Below the pieces are notes generated by a model, which was not told the DNA's origin, made no database searches, and worked only from the letters and a program-made list of their open reading frames with translations. Source: an uncultured Eubacteriales bacterium (GTDB taxonomy: Bacteria > Bacillota > Clostridia > Oscillospirales > Oscillospiraceae). Taken from it: a stretch of 64,000 nucleotides of DNA. Positions 38,941 through 49,815 of the stretch are shown piece after piece (position 1 is the stretch's first letter; every line of letters begins with the position of its first letter). The stretch covers positions 2,748 through 66,747 of the forward strand of contig CBCTHM010000012.1 in the NCBI GenBank assembly GCA_965146675.1, given 5' to 3'. A program made the translations under genes and the position numbers.

Positions 38941-40746
38941 TCAGGCCACCGTGCCCTCAAACTGGCTGTTGTACAATGTAGCGTAAAAGCCACCCTTGGC
39001 CAGCAGGGCCTCGTGCGTCCCGCTCTCCACAATATCGCCGTCCCGCAGGACCAAAATCAGGTCCGCGTTCCGGATGGTACTCAGCCGGTGAGCGATGACA
39101 AAGGAGGTTTTTCCCTGGGTCAGACGGTCCATGGCCTCCTGCACCAACGCCTCCGTCCGGGTGTCCACTGAGGAGGTGGCCTCATCCAGAATCAGCAGCG
39201 GCGCATTTTCAATCATAGCCCGGGCGATGGTCACCAGCTGTTTTTGGCCCGCGGACAGGTTGGCCCGGTCGTTGAGCACCGTGTCATAGCCCTGGGGCAG
39301 CGTCCGAATAAAGTGATCCAGACCCACGGCCTTGCAGGCCGCGCGCACCTCTTGGTCTGTGACGCCTTGCTTGGAGTAGACAATATTTTCCCGAATGCTA
39401 CCCTCGAACAGCCAGGTGTCCTGGAGTACCATGCAGAACAAATCGTGGACATTCTCCCGGGTCAGATCCGAAATGGATTTTCCATCGATGCAGATCTCTC
39501 CGCCGTCCAGCTCATAAAACCGCATGAGCAGGTTCACCAGCGTGGTCTTGCCAGCGCCGGTGGGCCCCACAATTGCAATCTTCTTTCCTGCACCAGCCTG
39601 GGCCGAGAAATCATGAATCACGGGCTTCTCCTTGGTATAGCCGAACTTCACGTGGCGGAATTCCACATCCCCTTGCACCTGCTCCGCCGGCAGCGTCTCC
39701 GACTTACCGGACTCGTCGGAGATTTCCTCCTCCTCCAGGAATTCAAAGACCCGCTGTGAGGCGGCGGCGGTAGACTGCAGGCTGGTGGCGGCCTGGGCCA
39801 TCTGGGACAGAGGGTTGGTGAACTGCCGCACATAAATCATAAAGGCCACGATGGTGCCAAAGTCCGTCTGCCCCTGCTTGGTGAGCACGGCACCCACCAC
39901 GCATACCGACACATACCCCAGATTGCCGATGAACCCCATGAGCGGCTGCATCAGGCCGGATAAAAATTGGGACTTCCACGCGCATTGATAGAGCTTACCA
40001 TTGATGTGGTCAAAGGTCTGCTTTGCAGCTCGCTCCCCGTTGTAGACCTTCACCACATTGTGGCCGGAATAAATCTCCTCCACATGGCCGTTGAGCTGGC
40101 CCAGCGCCTGTTGCTGGCCCACAAAGTATTTTTGAGACCGGCGAATGATCAGTAGCATCAGCCCAAAACCGATCACAGTAGACACAATGGCGGTGACGGC
40201 CATGACGGCATTGGTAATAAACATCATCAATAGAGATCCCAGGAACATGGTGATCGCGGTCACCAAATTACCCAGCGACTGGTTCATGGTCTGCCCGATG
40301 GTATCCACGTCGTTGGTCACCCGGCTGAGGACGTCTCCAAAGCTGACCTGGTTGAAATACCGCAGGGGAACCTTGTTGATTTTTCGGGAGATGCCCTGGC
40401 GCAAATTGCGGCTCACCCGCTGAGTGAACGTGGCCAGAAGAAAATGCTGGGCATAGTGCAGCAGCGCCGCCAGACCGAAAAACAGCAACAGCAACCCAGC
40501 CAGGTGCAGGATCTGGTCCATATCCACGGTCCCCAGGATCCCCTCCTGAATGGTGTTGGTCATGGCCCGCAGCTTATCGGGTCCCAGAAGCGCAAAAATG
40601 GAGCCGGCCATGGCCAGGATCATGCCAGTCAGGCCCAGGGCCAGCCAGGGTCTGGAAAAGCGAATCAGCTTGCCCCAGGCGCTTTTCATATCCACCGGTT
40701 CCAGAGCCTGCAGCCGCATATTGTGTCTGTTATGCATATTATGCAT
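38941..40746 (-). CDS. Heterodimeric ABC exporter subunit (TMD+NBD, consensus site)
   Basis: GPTGAGKTT, LSAGQKQ, LILDEATS, IAHR. Confidence 0.92.
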   Translation of the reverse strand: MHNMHNRHNMRLQALEPVDMKSAWGKLIRFSRPWLALGLTGMILAMAGSIFALLGPDKLRAMTNTIQEGILGTVDMDQILHLAGLLLLFFGLAALLHYAQHFLLATFTQRVSRNLRQGISRKINKVPLRYFNQVSFGDVLSRVTNDVDTIGQTMNQSLGNLVTAITMFLGSLLMMFITNAVMAVTAIVSTVIGFGLMLLIIRRSQKYFVGQQQALGQLNGHVEEIYSGHNVVKVYNGERAAKQTFDHINGKLYQCAWKSQFLSGLMQPLMGFIGNLGYVSVCVVGAVLTKQGQTDFGTIVAFMIYVRQFTNPLSQMAQAATSLQSTAAASQRVFEFLEEEEISDESGKSETLPAEQVQGDVEFRHVKFGYTKEKPVIHDFSAQAGAGKKIAIVGPTGAGKTTLVNLLMRFYELDGGEICIDGKSISDLTRENVHDLFCMVLQDTWLFEGSIRENIVYSKQGVTDQEVRAACKAVGLDHFIRTLPQGYDTVLNDRANLSAGQKQLVTIARAMIENAPLLILDEATSSVDTRTEALVQEAMDRLTQGKTSFVIAHRLSTIRNADLILVLRDGDIVESGTHEALLAKGGFYATLYNSQFEGTVA

Positions 40747-42517
40747 GCTCCAATTCCTCCTTTGAAAGCTGGGAAAGGGCAATCTGGCGGTATACCTCGC
40801 AGGTATCCAGCAATTCCCGGTGGGTGCCCTGCCCCACCACCTTGCCCTCATCCAACACAAGAATCAGGTCCGCATCCCGAATAGTGCCAATTCGCTGGGC
40901 TACGATCAAGCTGGTGACCCCCGCGGTCTCCCGCTTCAAGGCAGAACGCAGAACCCGGTCCGTGCGGTAGTCCAATGCGGAAAAGCTGTCGTCAAAGATG
41001 TAAATCTCCGGCTTGCGGCACACGGCTCGGGCAATGGAAAGGCGCTGCTTTTGCCCGCCGGAGACGTTCGCGCCGCCCTGGGCGATGGCGCTGTTGTAGC
41101 CGCCTGCCATCTCCTCCACAAAGTCGGTGCCTTGGGCGATGGCTACCGCCTGCTTCACTTCCTCTTGGGTGTAGCTGCCCTCGGCCATACCGTAGGCCAC
41201 GTTGGAGGTCACCGTGCCGGAGAACATCACGGCTCGCTGCGGTACATAGCCCAGCTTGCTGTGCAGCGCTTCCAGCGTGTACTCCCGCACATCCACACCA
41301 TCCACCAGCACCTGTCCCTCCGTGACGTCGTAAAATCGGGGGACCAAGTTGACCAGAGTGGACTTTCCTGACCCAGTGGAACCGATAAAGGCCACGGTCT
41401 GGCCCTTCTGCGCCCGGAAACTCACATGCTCCAGGACGTTCTCCTCCGCGTCCGGATATTTGAAGCTCACATCTCGGAACTCGATTTCGCCCGTGCTGCC
41501 CGGCTCGCCCTCGGTCCTCTTCCCATCCGCAATGGTAGAGGGCGTATCCAGAATCTCCAGGACCCGCTTGGCCGAAACCGAGACGCGGGGCCACATGATA
41601 TAGATCATCACCAGCATCATAAACGCCATAACCACCTGCATGGCATAGGAGGAAAACACCACCATATCGGAGAAGGTGCTGATTCGCTCCGTCAGCGCCG
41701 CGGGACCAGTGGGCGCTATACCGCTGATCAGGGACGCGCCAATCCAGTAAATGGCCAGGGTCAGCCCATTGAGAATCAGGTTCATGCCCGGCATCATGAT
41801 CGCCATGATCCGGTTTGCCGTCAGATTATTGGAGGTCAGCGCGTCGTTGGCCTGCCGAAATTTTTCCTCCTGATAGCCCTCCGCATTGTAGGCGCGAACC
41901 ACCCGCAGCCCTGTCAGGTTTTCGCGGGTCACCCGGTTGAGGTTATCTGTGAGGGTCTGGATCCGCTTGAACCGGGGCATGGCAAAAGCCACGGCGATGC
42001 CGATGAGCACCAGCATCAGCAGCACCGCCACAAACGTGGCCGTAGTCCACTGCCAGCTCTTAGAACGAATTTTGCCAATGGCCCAAATGGCCATAATGGG
42101 TGCTTTAATGAGCACCTGAAGGCCCATGGCCACCATCATTTGAATCTGATTGATGTCATTGGTTGAGCGAGTGATCAAGCTGGCCGTAGAAAAGCCGTTG
42201 ATTTGCTCCATGGAAAAGGACTCAACCTTGTTAAAAATGTCGCCCCGCAGCCGCATGGAGAAGGATGCGGCCACCCGCGCGGCTAGGAAGCCTGTCATCA
42301 CCGATAGGGCCAGGCTCCCCAGGGCGCACAAAAGCATTTTCCCTCCAGCCAGCCAGATATCGCCCATGGCGCTGCCCTGGGTCTGCACCAAGGCGGTGAT
42401 CTCCGACATATAGTCCGGCAGCTTTAGGTCCAGCCAAACCTGCCCGGTGATCAGCACCACACTGCATAAAATAATCATGTACTCGGTTCGACGGAACCGC
42501 TTAAACAGCCTCAGCAT
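40739..42517 (-). CDS. Heterodimeric ABC exporter subunit (TMD+NBD, degenerate site)
   Basis: GSTGSGKST, VSGGQKQ, IFDDSFS, VAQR. Confidence 0.92.
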   Translation of the reverse strand: MLRLFKRFRRTEYMIILCSVVLITGQVWLDLKLPDYMSEITALVQTQGSAMGDIWLAGGKMLLCALGSLALSVMTGFLAARVAASFSMRLRGDIFNKVESFSMEQINGFSTASLITRSTNDINQIQMMVAMGLQVLIKAPIMAIWAIGKIRSKSWQWTTATFVAVLLMLVLIGIAVAFAMPRFKRIQTLTDNLNRVTRENLTGLRVVRAYNAEGYQEEKFRQANDALTSNNLTANRIMAIMMPGMNLILNGLTLAIYWIGASLISGIAPTGPAALTERISTFSDMVVFSSYAMQVVMAFMMLVMIYIMWPRVSVSAKRVLEILDTPSTIADGKRTEGEPGSTGEIEFRDVSFKYPDAEENVLEHVSFRAQKGQTVAFIGSTGSGKSTLVNLVPRFYDVTEGQVLVDGVDVREYTLEALHSKLGYVPQRAVMFSGTVTSNVAYGMAEGSYTQEEVKQAVAIAQGTDFVEEMAGGYNSAIAQGGANVSGGQKQRLSIARAVCRKPEIYIFDDSFSALDYRTDRVLRSALKRETAGVTSLIVAQRIGTIRDADLILVLDEGKVVGQGTHRELLDTCEVYRQIALSQLSKEELEHA

Positions 42518-42951
42518 ACTCGATCCTCCTTCTTTATCCTGCGCGCCTCCTCCAGTTTGTGCAGGATGCGAATGCACCAGTCAATTTCCTCCCGGTCCAA
42601 AAGCTGCAGCGTTGACACCACATGATTCACCATGTGCCGGTACAGCGCCTGGCCCCGCTCCCGGCCCGCCGCCGTCAGCTCCACCAGCACCCTGCGCCGG
42701 CCCCCGGGCCCGGACCGCCGCAGGATATAGCCCTTGGCCTCCAAACCGTTTAAGATGGCCGCTACCCGGGCGGTGCTGATCCCCATCTGTTCGCTGAGGT
42801 CGCCGGGCGTCATGCCCGCCGGCGCCAGAGCCAGCAGGTGTAGGGTCATCGCCTCGCCCTGAGAGCACTGCTGGAGCCGCGCGGCCGCTGCGCCGCCCCC
42901 TAGTGTGGAGATGCATCGCAGAATTTCGATTGCCGCCGCCTGATAGTCCAT
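42511..42951 (-). CDS. MarR-family regulator
   Basis: TPGDLSEQMGISTARVAAILNGLEAKGYILR...RRRVLVELT; near-palindrome TGTTAGCATTCTAGCA upstream. Confidence 0.88.
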   Translation of the reverse strand: MDYQAAAIEILRCISTLGGGAAAARLQQCSQGEAMTLHLLALAPAGMTPGDLSEQMGISTARVAAILNGLEAKGYILRRSGPGGRRRVLVELTAAGRERGQALYRHMVNHVVSTLQLLDREEIDWCIRILHKLEEARRIKKEDRVC

Positions 42952-43166
42952 TTCATCGCTCCTTTCTTTCCAATTCCTAATGGTGTTAGTAATTAATAGT
43001 GTTAGCATTCTAGCACACGGGCGGAAAAAGTCAACCGGCTGGACAACGAATTCATATATTGTTTACATTGCCAAAAAACTTCCTCTTGATTTATACAAAT
43101 CATCTAAATTTTTGCTGACATCCTGCCACGCGCGGCGGACATATCCCTCGGCAAAACGCTACCCGC

Positions 43167-43203
43167 AAAAAAACGCATGCGGCGTTTTTCTCCGCATGCG
43201 TTT
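43167..43203 (-). terminator. udp terminator
   Basis: aaacgcatgcgg/ccgcatgcgttt with an A tract. Confidence 0.7.
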
Positions 43204-43219
43204 AGAAATTTGTTGGAAT

Positions 43220-43999
43220 TTAACCCTCAGCGGCGGCCTGCCGGTCCTGCTGGATCAGCAGCTTCAGCGCCTCCACCCCCACCCGCACGGCGGCGGAGGT
43301 GTCCTCGCTCATGCTCTGGTCCAGGCCTGCGGCCTCCCGCTCCTGGTTCCATATCACATGGAAGCAGGAACCGCACCGGACGCCCAGGGCAGCCGCCACC
43401 ACAAACAGGGCGGCGGACTCCATCTCGCTGGCTTTGACGCCCAGGCGCTTCCAGGCCTCCCATTTCTGCTGCAGCTCATAGGAAACGGGCATTCTGGCCG
43501 GGCTGTGCTGCCCATAAAAGGAATCCTTGCACTGGACCACGCCCACATGGGTACACTTTCCCATGGCCAGCGACGCCTGTCGCAGGGCGCAAGTGACGTC
43601 CAGATCCGCCACCGCGGGAAACTCCAGCGGCGCATACTCCCGGGAGGTATGCTCAAAACGAACAGCGCCGGAGGCAATCACAATATCCCCGGACCGGACC
43701 TTCAGATCGATGCCGCCGCAGGTGCCCACCCGCAAAAAGGTATCCGTGCCCAAATTGTGCAGCTCCTCCATGGCGATGGCGGCGGAAGGCCCGCCGATTC
43801 CGGTGGAACACACCGAAACCTTTTCCCCCAAAAGGGTACCGGTGTAAATGTTATACTCCCGATTCATGCCCACATGGACAGGGTTGTCAAACAGCGCGGC
43901 GATGGACGCACACCGGCCCGGGTCTCCGGGCAAAATGCAGTAGCGTCCCACGTCTCCCTGCGTGCAATGTATATGAAACTGTCTTCCAGTATCCTGCAT
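43220..43999 (-). CDS. udp: Uridine phosphorylase
   Basis: [40 protein letters not shown]. Confidence 0.93.
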   Translation of the reverse strand: MQDTGRQFHIHCTQGDVGRYCILPGDPGRCASIAALFDNPVHVGMNREYNIYTGTLLGEKVSVCSTGIGGPSAAIAMEELHNLGTDTFLRVGTCGGIDLKVRSGDIVIASGAVRFEHTSREYAPLEFPAVADLDVTCALRQASLAMGKCTHVGVVQCKDSFYGQHSPARMPVSYELQQKWEAWKRLGVKASEMESAALFVVAAALGVRCGSCFHVIWNQEREAAGLDQSMSEDTSAAVRVGVEALKLLIQQDRQAAAEG

Positions 44000-44189
44000 C
44001 TATTCTCACCGGTCCTTTTTATTCTGGCGACTTCTACAATCCGATAGTCGACTGACAAATATTATACCATGCGTCATTACCGTCCGCAACTGGGCCATGG
44101 CGAATTTTTCAAGAATCATAAAATAGCTGCGGTGTCAACGGCGTCGGAGCGGACTACCTGATCTTAGGAGCCTGCGGCGCCCGCCGGCG

Positions 44190-44348
44190 CCCTGTAGGAA
44201 ACGGTCTTCCATCATTTACCCGGCGTGCAAGGCACGCCCCCACCGGTTTTTTGATAATCTGTCTGTAGGGGCGGCCTGCGGCCGCCCGTCCATATCTTGC
44301 AGGCAATGACCTGTGGTCCTTTCGCGGGCGAGCGCAGCTCGCACCCAT
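44190..44348. repeat. GTAG-type REP cluster
   Basis: gtaggggcggcctgcggccgcccg, cgggcgagcgcagctcgcaccc. Confidence 0.7.
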
Positions 44349-44557
44349 CAGGGCTTTTTAAGATGGGTTATAGAGATGGCCTTTGGTCGTTTTTTGGGCT
44401 TAAAATTTTTGTTTATAAGCATTAATCCGGATTGACGTACTGATACATTATTGTTATTATAATATCGTAAATAAGTTTAGCATCTCTTTGTGTCGAAAGA
44501 AGACGATTCCAATGGCGTAATAATTGTTTCGACATTATAAAAAGTTGCTCACCGTAA

Positions 44558-45082
44558 GATCAAATTAGTATTTCTGAAATTCAGGATATTGCAGCCAGAC
44601 AATCTCTTTCGGATGGCGACGTCCTTAATATTTACAATATAACAGATAAAACAGCCGAGTATGAAGAAGACAAAAACCAGCCCCAACCGCGGCTCATTTA
44701 TACTTATCAAACCTATAAATCCTATGGCTCCGAGTACGCAACGCAGGACTATTTTGTGATTTCTGTTGCAAAAGGGATGACCACAACTCTGAAAAGTGAA
44801 TACAAGCAAACGATTGGTGTAAACTCTGGAGCTACAGTGCCCTATGTCAAAGCCAAAATTGGTTCTTCTTTTACGGCAACAATTAGTACAACATACAAAT
44901 TCACAGGACCTTCGGAAAGCAGCAGCTACAATTCTCGGGAATTCCGCATTCAATTTTATGCAAAACCCGTCCATTGGACGCAAAATAGGCTTTTATTTGG
45001 AAATGTAGTTGATTCCAGAAACGGTACTTCCTATGTTACAACAAGGTATTTACTTTATAGCATAGACCGAAAAGTCGGATAG
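44558..45082 (+). pseudogene. AT-rich, probably 5'-truncated gene for a Ser/Thr-rich beta protein
   Basis: The frame is open from the stop at 44555-57 to 45082, 66 codons upstream of the track's GTG, but has no RBS, start codon or signal peptide. Confidence 0.55.
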
Positions 45083-45091
45083 GAGCGTTTC

Positions 45092-45304
45092 ATGAAAAAG
45101 CTGAAAAATGTCTTGTTTTTCGTCGCATTATTCTTATCACTCGGTATGTTCCTTGTAGGGATTGCTCTCTTATGGCCACAGAGTAACGGGCCCTGGGTGG
45201 ACACTGAGGCAATAAAATTTCTTGGCACCCTCCTAACGGCTCTTTCCGGCCTTTACTTGGGCATTTTCCTCTGGTTTTTCTGCAAACATCACTACAATCC
45301 CTAA
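45092..45304 (+). CDS. Small two-TM membrane protein
   Basis: AGGAG RBS; 70 aa with two hydrophobic helices. Confidence 0.7.
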   Translation: MKKLKNVLFFVALFLSLGMFLVGIALLWPQSNGPWVDTEAIKFLGTLLTALSGLYLGIFLWFFCKHHYNP

Positions 45305-45306
45305 CG

Positions 45307-45354
45307 GTAGGAGCGGCCTGTGGCCGCTCGCGGGCGAGCGCAGCTCGCCCCTAC
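45307..45354. repeat. Head-to-head REP doublet
   Basis: gtaggagcggcctgtggccgctcg followed directly by cgggcgagcgcagctcgcccctac. Confidence 0.8.
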
Positions 45355-45404
45355 AGGGGGTATCAAAAGTGGAACAAAAGAGTCCGCTTTTATTATAGTT
45401 TCTC

Positions 45405-45438
45405 AAAAAAGCGTCAGGCCGCGAGCCTGACGCTTTTT
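45405..45438. terminator. Bidirectional terminator (polC end)
   Basis: aaaaagcgtcaggc/gcctgacgcttttt. Confidence 0.8.
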
Positions 45439-45451
45439 GTCCCAGATAGAT

Positions 45452-48400
45452 TTAAAACAGGCTCACCTGGCTGGTATCCGGCAGGTCCCCAAAGGCCCCC
45501 GCGGCCTTCAGGCTCTCAATATGGGTTTTGGAGACCTTGGGACAGGCCAGGGCGAATTCCTCAATGGAGACAAACTGCTTGCCCTTTCTACCCTCTACAA
45601 TGTCCCAGGCCGCGGTCTCCCCCAGCCCCGAGACTGCCACAAAGGGCGGCAGGAGCCTGCCGTCCTGGAGCAGAAATTTTGTGGCTTGGGACTGGTATAG
45701 GTCCATGGGCGCGAAGGAGAAGCCGCGCAGGTAAAACTCATAGCACACTTCTAGGGTGGTCAACAAGTCCTCATCCTTTTCCGTGGCGTTTTCGTTTTGC
45801 TCAATGGCTTGAATACTGGCCCGAACCTGCTCCATGCCCCGGGTCATCATGGACGCGTCAAAGCCCCCCTTTTGGCTCCGCCGGTAAAAATAGGCAGCGT
45901 AAAAGGCCAGGGGATGGTGGACCTTGAACCAGGCGATTCGGAAGGCCATCATAACATAGGCGACAGCGTGTGCCTTGGGAAACAGGTACTTGATTTTCTT
46001 ACAGGACTCGATATACCACTCCGGCACCCCAGCGGCCTTCATCTCCGCCTCGGCACCCTCCGGCAGGCCCCGGCCCTTCCGCACAGATTCCATAATTTTA
46101 AAGGACCGCTTCTCCGGCATTCCGCAGGAAATCAGGTAGAGCATGATATCGTCCCGGCAGCCGATGGCCTGGTCAACCGTGGCCGTTTTGGACAGGATCA
46201 GATCCTTGGCGTTGCCCAGCCACACGTCGGTGCCATGGGAAAAACCGGACAGCCGCAGCAGCGTGTCAAACTTCTTGGGCATGGTGTCCAAGAGCATGCC
46301 ACGGGTGAACCGCGTGTTGAATTCCGGGATGGCCACCGCGCCGGTGGGGCCCAAAATGGGGTCGTTTTCATAACCCAGGATTCGGGATGAGGTGAAAATG
46401 GACATGGTGTCCGGGTCATCCAGGGGGATTTTCTGGGCGTCCTCCCCGGTCATGTCCTCCATCATCCGAATCATGGTGGGGTCGTCGTGCCCCAGCATGT
46501 CCAACTTCAGGAGATTTTCCTCCATGGAGTGGTATTCAAAGTGGGTGGTAATGGTATCCGCCGAGGGGTCGTCCGCCGGGTGCTGGACAGGGCAGAAGTC
46601 CCAAATCTCATTTTCCTGGGGAATGACCACCAGCCCCCCCGGGTGCTGGCCCGTGGTGCGCCGGACCCCAACGCATCCGGCAGCCAACCGGTTTTCCTCC
46701 GCCCGGGAGACCGCCTGGTTCCGCTCCGCCAAATACTTTTTCGCATAGCCGAAGGCCGTCTTCTCCGCCACGGTGCCGATGGTGCCCGCCCGGAATACAT
46801 GGGACTTCCCGAACATCTCCACGCAGTAGGCATGGGCCTTTGCCTGATATTCCCCGGAGAAGTTCAGGTCGATGTCCGGCACCTTGTCGCCGCCGAAGCC
46901 CAAAAAGGTCTCAAAGGGAATATTAAACCCGTCTTTTTCCAAGGCGGCGCCGCACTTCGGGCAGACCGCGTCCGGCAAGTCCGCGCCGCAGCCGCAGCCC
47001 GCCGGCACGTCGAAGGTGGTGTATTTGCAGGCTGGGTTGGGGCAGCGGTAGTGCGGCGGGAAGGAATTGACCTCCGTGATACCCGCAAGATACGCCACAA
47101 TGGAGGAGCCCACGGAGCCCCGGGAGCCAACCAGATAGCCGTGCTCCAGAGAGTTCTGTACCAGCTTTTGGGCGGACATGTAAATCACGTCGTAATGACA
47201 GGAGATGATATCGCCCAGCTCCGTCTCCACCCGCTTGGTAATCAGCTCCGGCGGATGCGCCCCGTAGAGCCGGCGTAGCTTGTCATAAACCAGCCGCTTC
47301 AGGTCCTCCACGGAATTCTCAATGGAGGGGGCGAACAGATTATGCGGTACGGGCCGCACGGTCTCACACATGTCGGCAATCAGGTTGGTATTGATCACCA
47401 CCACCTCATAGGCTTTCTCTGGCCCCAGATAGGAGAATTCCTCCAGCATTTCGTCAGTGGTTCGGAAATACAGGGGATTGGGCCGGTCACAGTCCTCAAA
47501 ACCCTTGGTGGCCAGCAGAATATGGCGGTAGATCTCATCCTCGGGGTTCAGGAAGTGCACGTCGCCTGTGGCGACTACAGGCTTGCCCAGTGCCTGGCCC
47601 AGCCGGACCACGGTCCGGTTAAACTCCCGCAGCTCCTCCTCGCTTTCCGCGATGCCCTTTTCCAGCATGAACCGGTTATTGGTCAGAGGCTGAATTTCCA
47701 AAAAATCATAGAAGGAGGCGATGCGACGCAGCTCGTCCTCGCTTTTGTGGGCCGTGACCGCCTGGAACAGTTCGCCGGCCTCGCAGGCCGAGCCCACGAT
47801 CAGCCCCTCCCGGTATCGCATCAGCTCTGATTTCGGTATGCGGGGATTGCGCTTAAAGTACTCCAGATTGCTCAGGGAGATCAAATGATAGAGATTCCGT
47901 AAACCCAGTTGATTCTTGGCAAAGAGGATGATATGCCGGGCATGCCGATCCCCAATCTTGTTTTTGGCCCGCAGCGCCGGCATAGCCGGATTGATGTCCT
48001 GCAGACGGCGGATGCCCATTTCCTCCAGCCTGGCAAAAAAGCGCACCAAGATCAAGCCGCAGGCCAGAGCGTCGTCCGCAGCCCGGTGATGCTGGAACTC
48101 CGGCAGGCTCAGGGCGTTGGATACGATATCCAGCTTGAATCTAGTCAGTTGAGGCATGAGATTCTGCGCCAGGATCAGCGTATCCACATAGGTGGGAGAA
48201 AAGGGAAGCTCCAGGCGGCGGCAAGCGGCGCTGACAAAGCCCACATCGAAGTCCGCGTTATGGGCAACCAGGGGCAAATCCCCCGCAAACCGAAGGAACT
48301 CCGGCAGGACCTCCCCAATCTTGGGCGCGCCCCGTAACATCCCATCTGTGATCCCCGTTAAATCTATGATCTTCTGGCTCAAAGACCGGCCCGGGTCCAC

Positions 48401-49777
48401 AAAGGTCTGGAACCGGTCCACCTCCCTGCCCTCTTTGATGATGACGGCGCCGATCTCGATGATCTCATCCTGCGAGGCGGACAGGCCCGTGGTCTCCAGA
48501 TCGAAGGCCACGAACGGCTGGTCAAAGGCCAGATCTCCCGGTCCATGGACCACGATCCTGTCATCCACGTCGTTTACAAAATAGCCCTCACAGCCGTAAA
48601 GAATCTTGATATTCTGGTCAGTACCAGCCACCTTGGCCTTAGCTGCCGCCTTCATGGCCTCGGGAAAGGACTGGGCACAGCCGTGATCGGTGATGGCAAT
48701 GGCCTGATGACCCCAGGCCGCCGCTTGCTTCACCGCGGAGGCCGTGTCAGTCAAAGCATCCATGTTGGACATGGTGGTGTGCAAATGCAGTTCCACCCGC
48801 TTGCCTGGCGCCTGGTCCAGGCGTTTGGGTGCGTTGCCCGGGGCGATGGCCACCGGGTCCAGTACCAGCTCATTGTCAAAGCGGTTGATGATGGGCTTGG
48901 CGAGTACCCGGATCCAGGGTCCCGGACCGGGTATGGCCTCCAAAACCGCTCTGGCCTTCTCCGCATCCCGCTCCCGAAAATACCGGTTGACCCGGATGGA
49001 GCTGGTAAAATCGGTCAGGTCAAAATTGACCACAACGGCATTGTTTTTTTTCAGCTCCCGGTGGTCCACGGCAAAGACTTTTCCCTCCACGCATACCACG
49101 CCCATATCCAGCCGTACGTCCCGCATGGGGATCGGCGCCTGGGAAAACGGCTTGCCGAACAGGACTTCGCCGGTGGCGGATTTTGCAGCGGAGAAGAGCC
49201 GGTCCTTTTTCACAGGCTCCATACTGGGCGCAGGTGCCGGAAGTTGCTCAATCAGCGACTGGCGCATCTGCTCCATCTCATCGAAAAGGGCTTTTCCCAT
49301 AAGATCCCGGCCCGGCACAATCTCGATAGAAACCATCCGGCCGAACCGATCCTGTAAATACCGTCGGACCTGGGGCACGCAATCCTCCAGGGTCTTTTTT
49401 CCATTGGCGCGCAAAGAAATCTGCAGCGTGTTCTCATTCCAGTTCCATTCACTGCCCGCCAGACACGCCCGAGCCCGGGAATCCTGGGCCACAAACAGCT
49501 CCAGCAACTCCTCCGCCTCCACTTTCTCCAGATCTCCCTCCGGAAAATGGGGCAGAAGCGTGACCCGGCGCACATCATACACCCCGCACAGATCCCGACT
49601 GGCCGCTTCCAGCAGGCGCCGGGGAATATAGGCCTCTGTCTCCAGCTCCAGCAAAATGGTCCGGGCAGCCGGATCAATCTGCGCCCAGCGGATCGCCGCC
49701 TGCGCCAGGAGCGTATCCAACGGCGCCGGCGGCGTGTATTGGGCGAACAGTTCCAAAAAACGTATCGTCTTACTCAT
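45452..49777 (-). CDS. polC: DNA polymerase III PolC
   Basis: RVELHLHT PHP domain, DLETTG exonuclease, GSRGSVG, KVPDIDLNFS, YLFPKAHA. Confidence 0.97.
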   Translation of the reverse strand: MSKTIRFLELFAQYTPPAPLDTLLAQAAIRWAQIDPAARTILLELETEAYIPRRLLEAASRDLCGVYDVRRVTLLPHFPEGDLEKVEAEELLELFVAQDSRARACLAGSEWNWNENTLQISLRANGKKTLEDCVPQVRRYLQDRFGRMVSIEIVPGRDLMGKALFDEMEQMRQSLIEQLPAPAPSMEPVKKDRLFSAAKSATGEVLFGKPFSQAPIPMRDVRLDMGVVCVEGKVFAVDHRELKKNNAVVVNFDLTDFTSSIRVNRYFRERDAEKARAVLEAIPGPGPWIRVLAKPIINRFDNELVLDPVAIAPGNAPKRLDQAPGKRVELHLHTTMSNMDALTDTASAVKQAAAWGHQAIAITDHGCAQSFPEAMKAAAKAKVAGTDQNIKILYGCEGYFVNDVDDRIVVHGPGDLAFDQPFVAFDLETTGLSASQDEIIEIGAVIIKEGREVDRFQTFVDPGRSLSQKIIDLTGITDGMLRGAPKIGEVLPEFLRFAGDLPLVAHNADFDVGFVSAACRRLELPFSPTYVDTLILAQNLMPQLTRFKLDIVSNALSLPEFQHHRAADDALACGLILVRFFARLEEMGIRRLQDINPAMPALRAKNKIGDRHARHIILFAKNQLGLRNLYHLISLSNLEYFKRNPRIPKSELMRYREGLIVGSACEAGELFQAVTAHKSEDELRRIASFYDFLEIQPLTNNRFMLEKGIAESEEELREFNRTVVRLGQALGKPVVATGDVHFLNPEDEIYRHILLATKGFEDCDRPNPLYFRTTDEMLEEFSYLGPEKAYEVVVINTNLIADMCETVRPVPHNLFAPSIENSVEDLKRLVYDKLRRLYGAHPPELITKRVETELGDIISCHYDVIYMSAQKLVQNSLEHGYLVGSRGSVGSSIVAYLAGITEVNSFPPHYRCPNPACKYTTFDVPAGCGCGADLPDAVCPKCGAALEKDGFNIPFETFLGFGGDKVPDIDLNFSGEYQAKAHAYCVEMFGKSHVFRAGTIGTVAEKTAFGYAKKYLAERNQAVSRAEENRLAAGCVGVRRTTGQHPGGLVVIPQENEIWDFCPVQHPADDPSADTITTHFEYHSMEENLLKLDMLGHDDPTMIRMMEDMTGEDAQKIPLDDPDTMSIFTSSRILGYENDPILGPTGAVAIPEFNTRFTRGMLLDTMPKKFDTLLRLSGFSHGTDVWLGNAKDLILSKTATVDQAIGCRDDIMLYLISCGMPEKRSFKIMESVRKGRGLPEGAEAEMKAAGVPEWYIESCKKIKYLFPKAHAVAYVMMAFRIAWFKVHHPLAFYAAYFYRRSQKGGFDASMMTRGMEQVRASIQAIEQNENATEKDEDLLTTLEVCYEFYLRGFSFAPMDLYQSQATKFLLQDGRLLPPFVAVSGLGETAAWDIVEGRKGKQFVSIEEFALACPKVSKTHIESLKAAGAFGDLPDTSQVSLF

Positions 49778-49815
49778 ATGGTTCCTCAAAACTTATGTAT
49801 CAGATCCTGCAGGGC

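Noticed and set aside
44607..44622. 14-bp match tcggatggcgacgt (LSDGDVL) shared with the amidase gene near 905-918
   Set aside because: No similarity extends on either side; probably chance.
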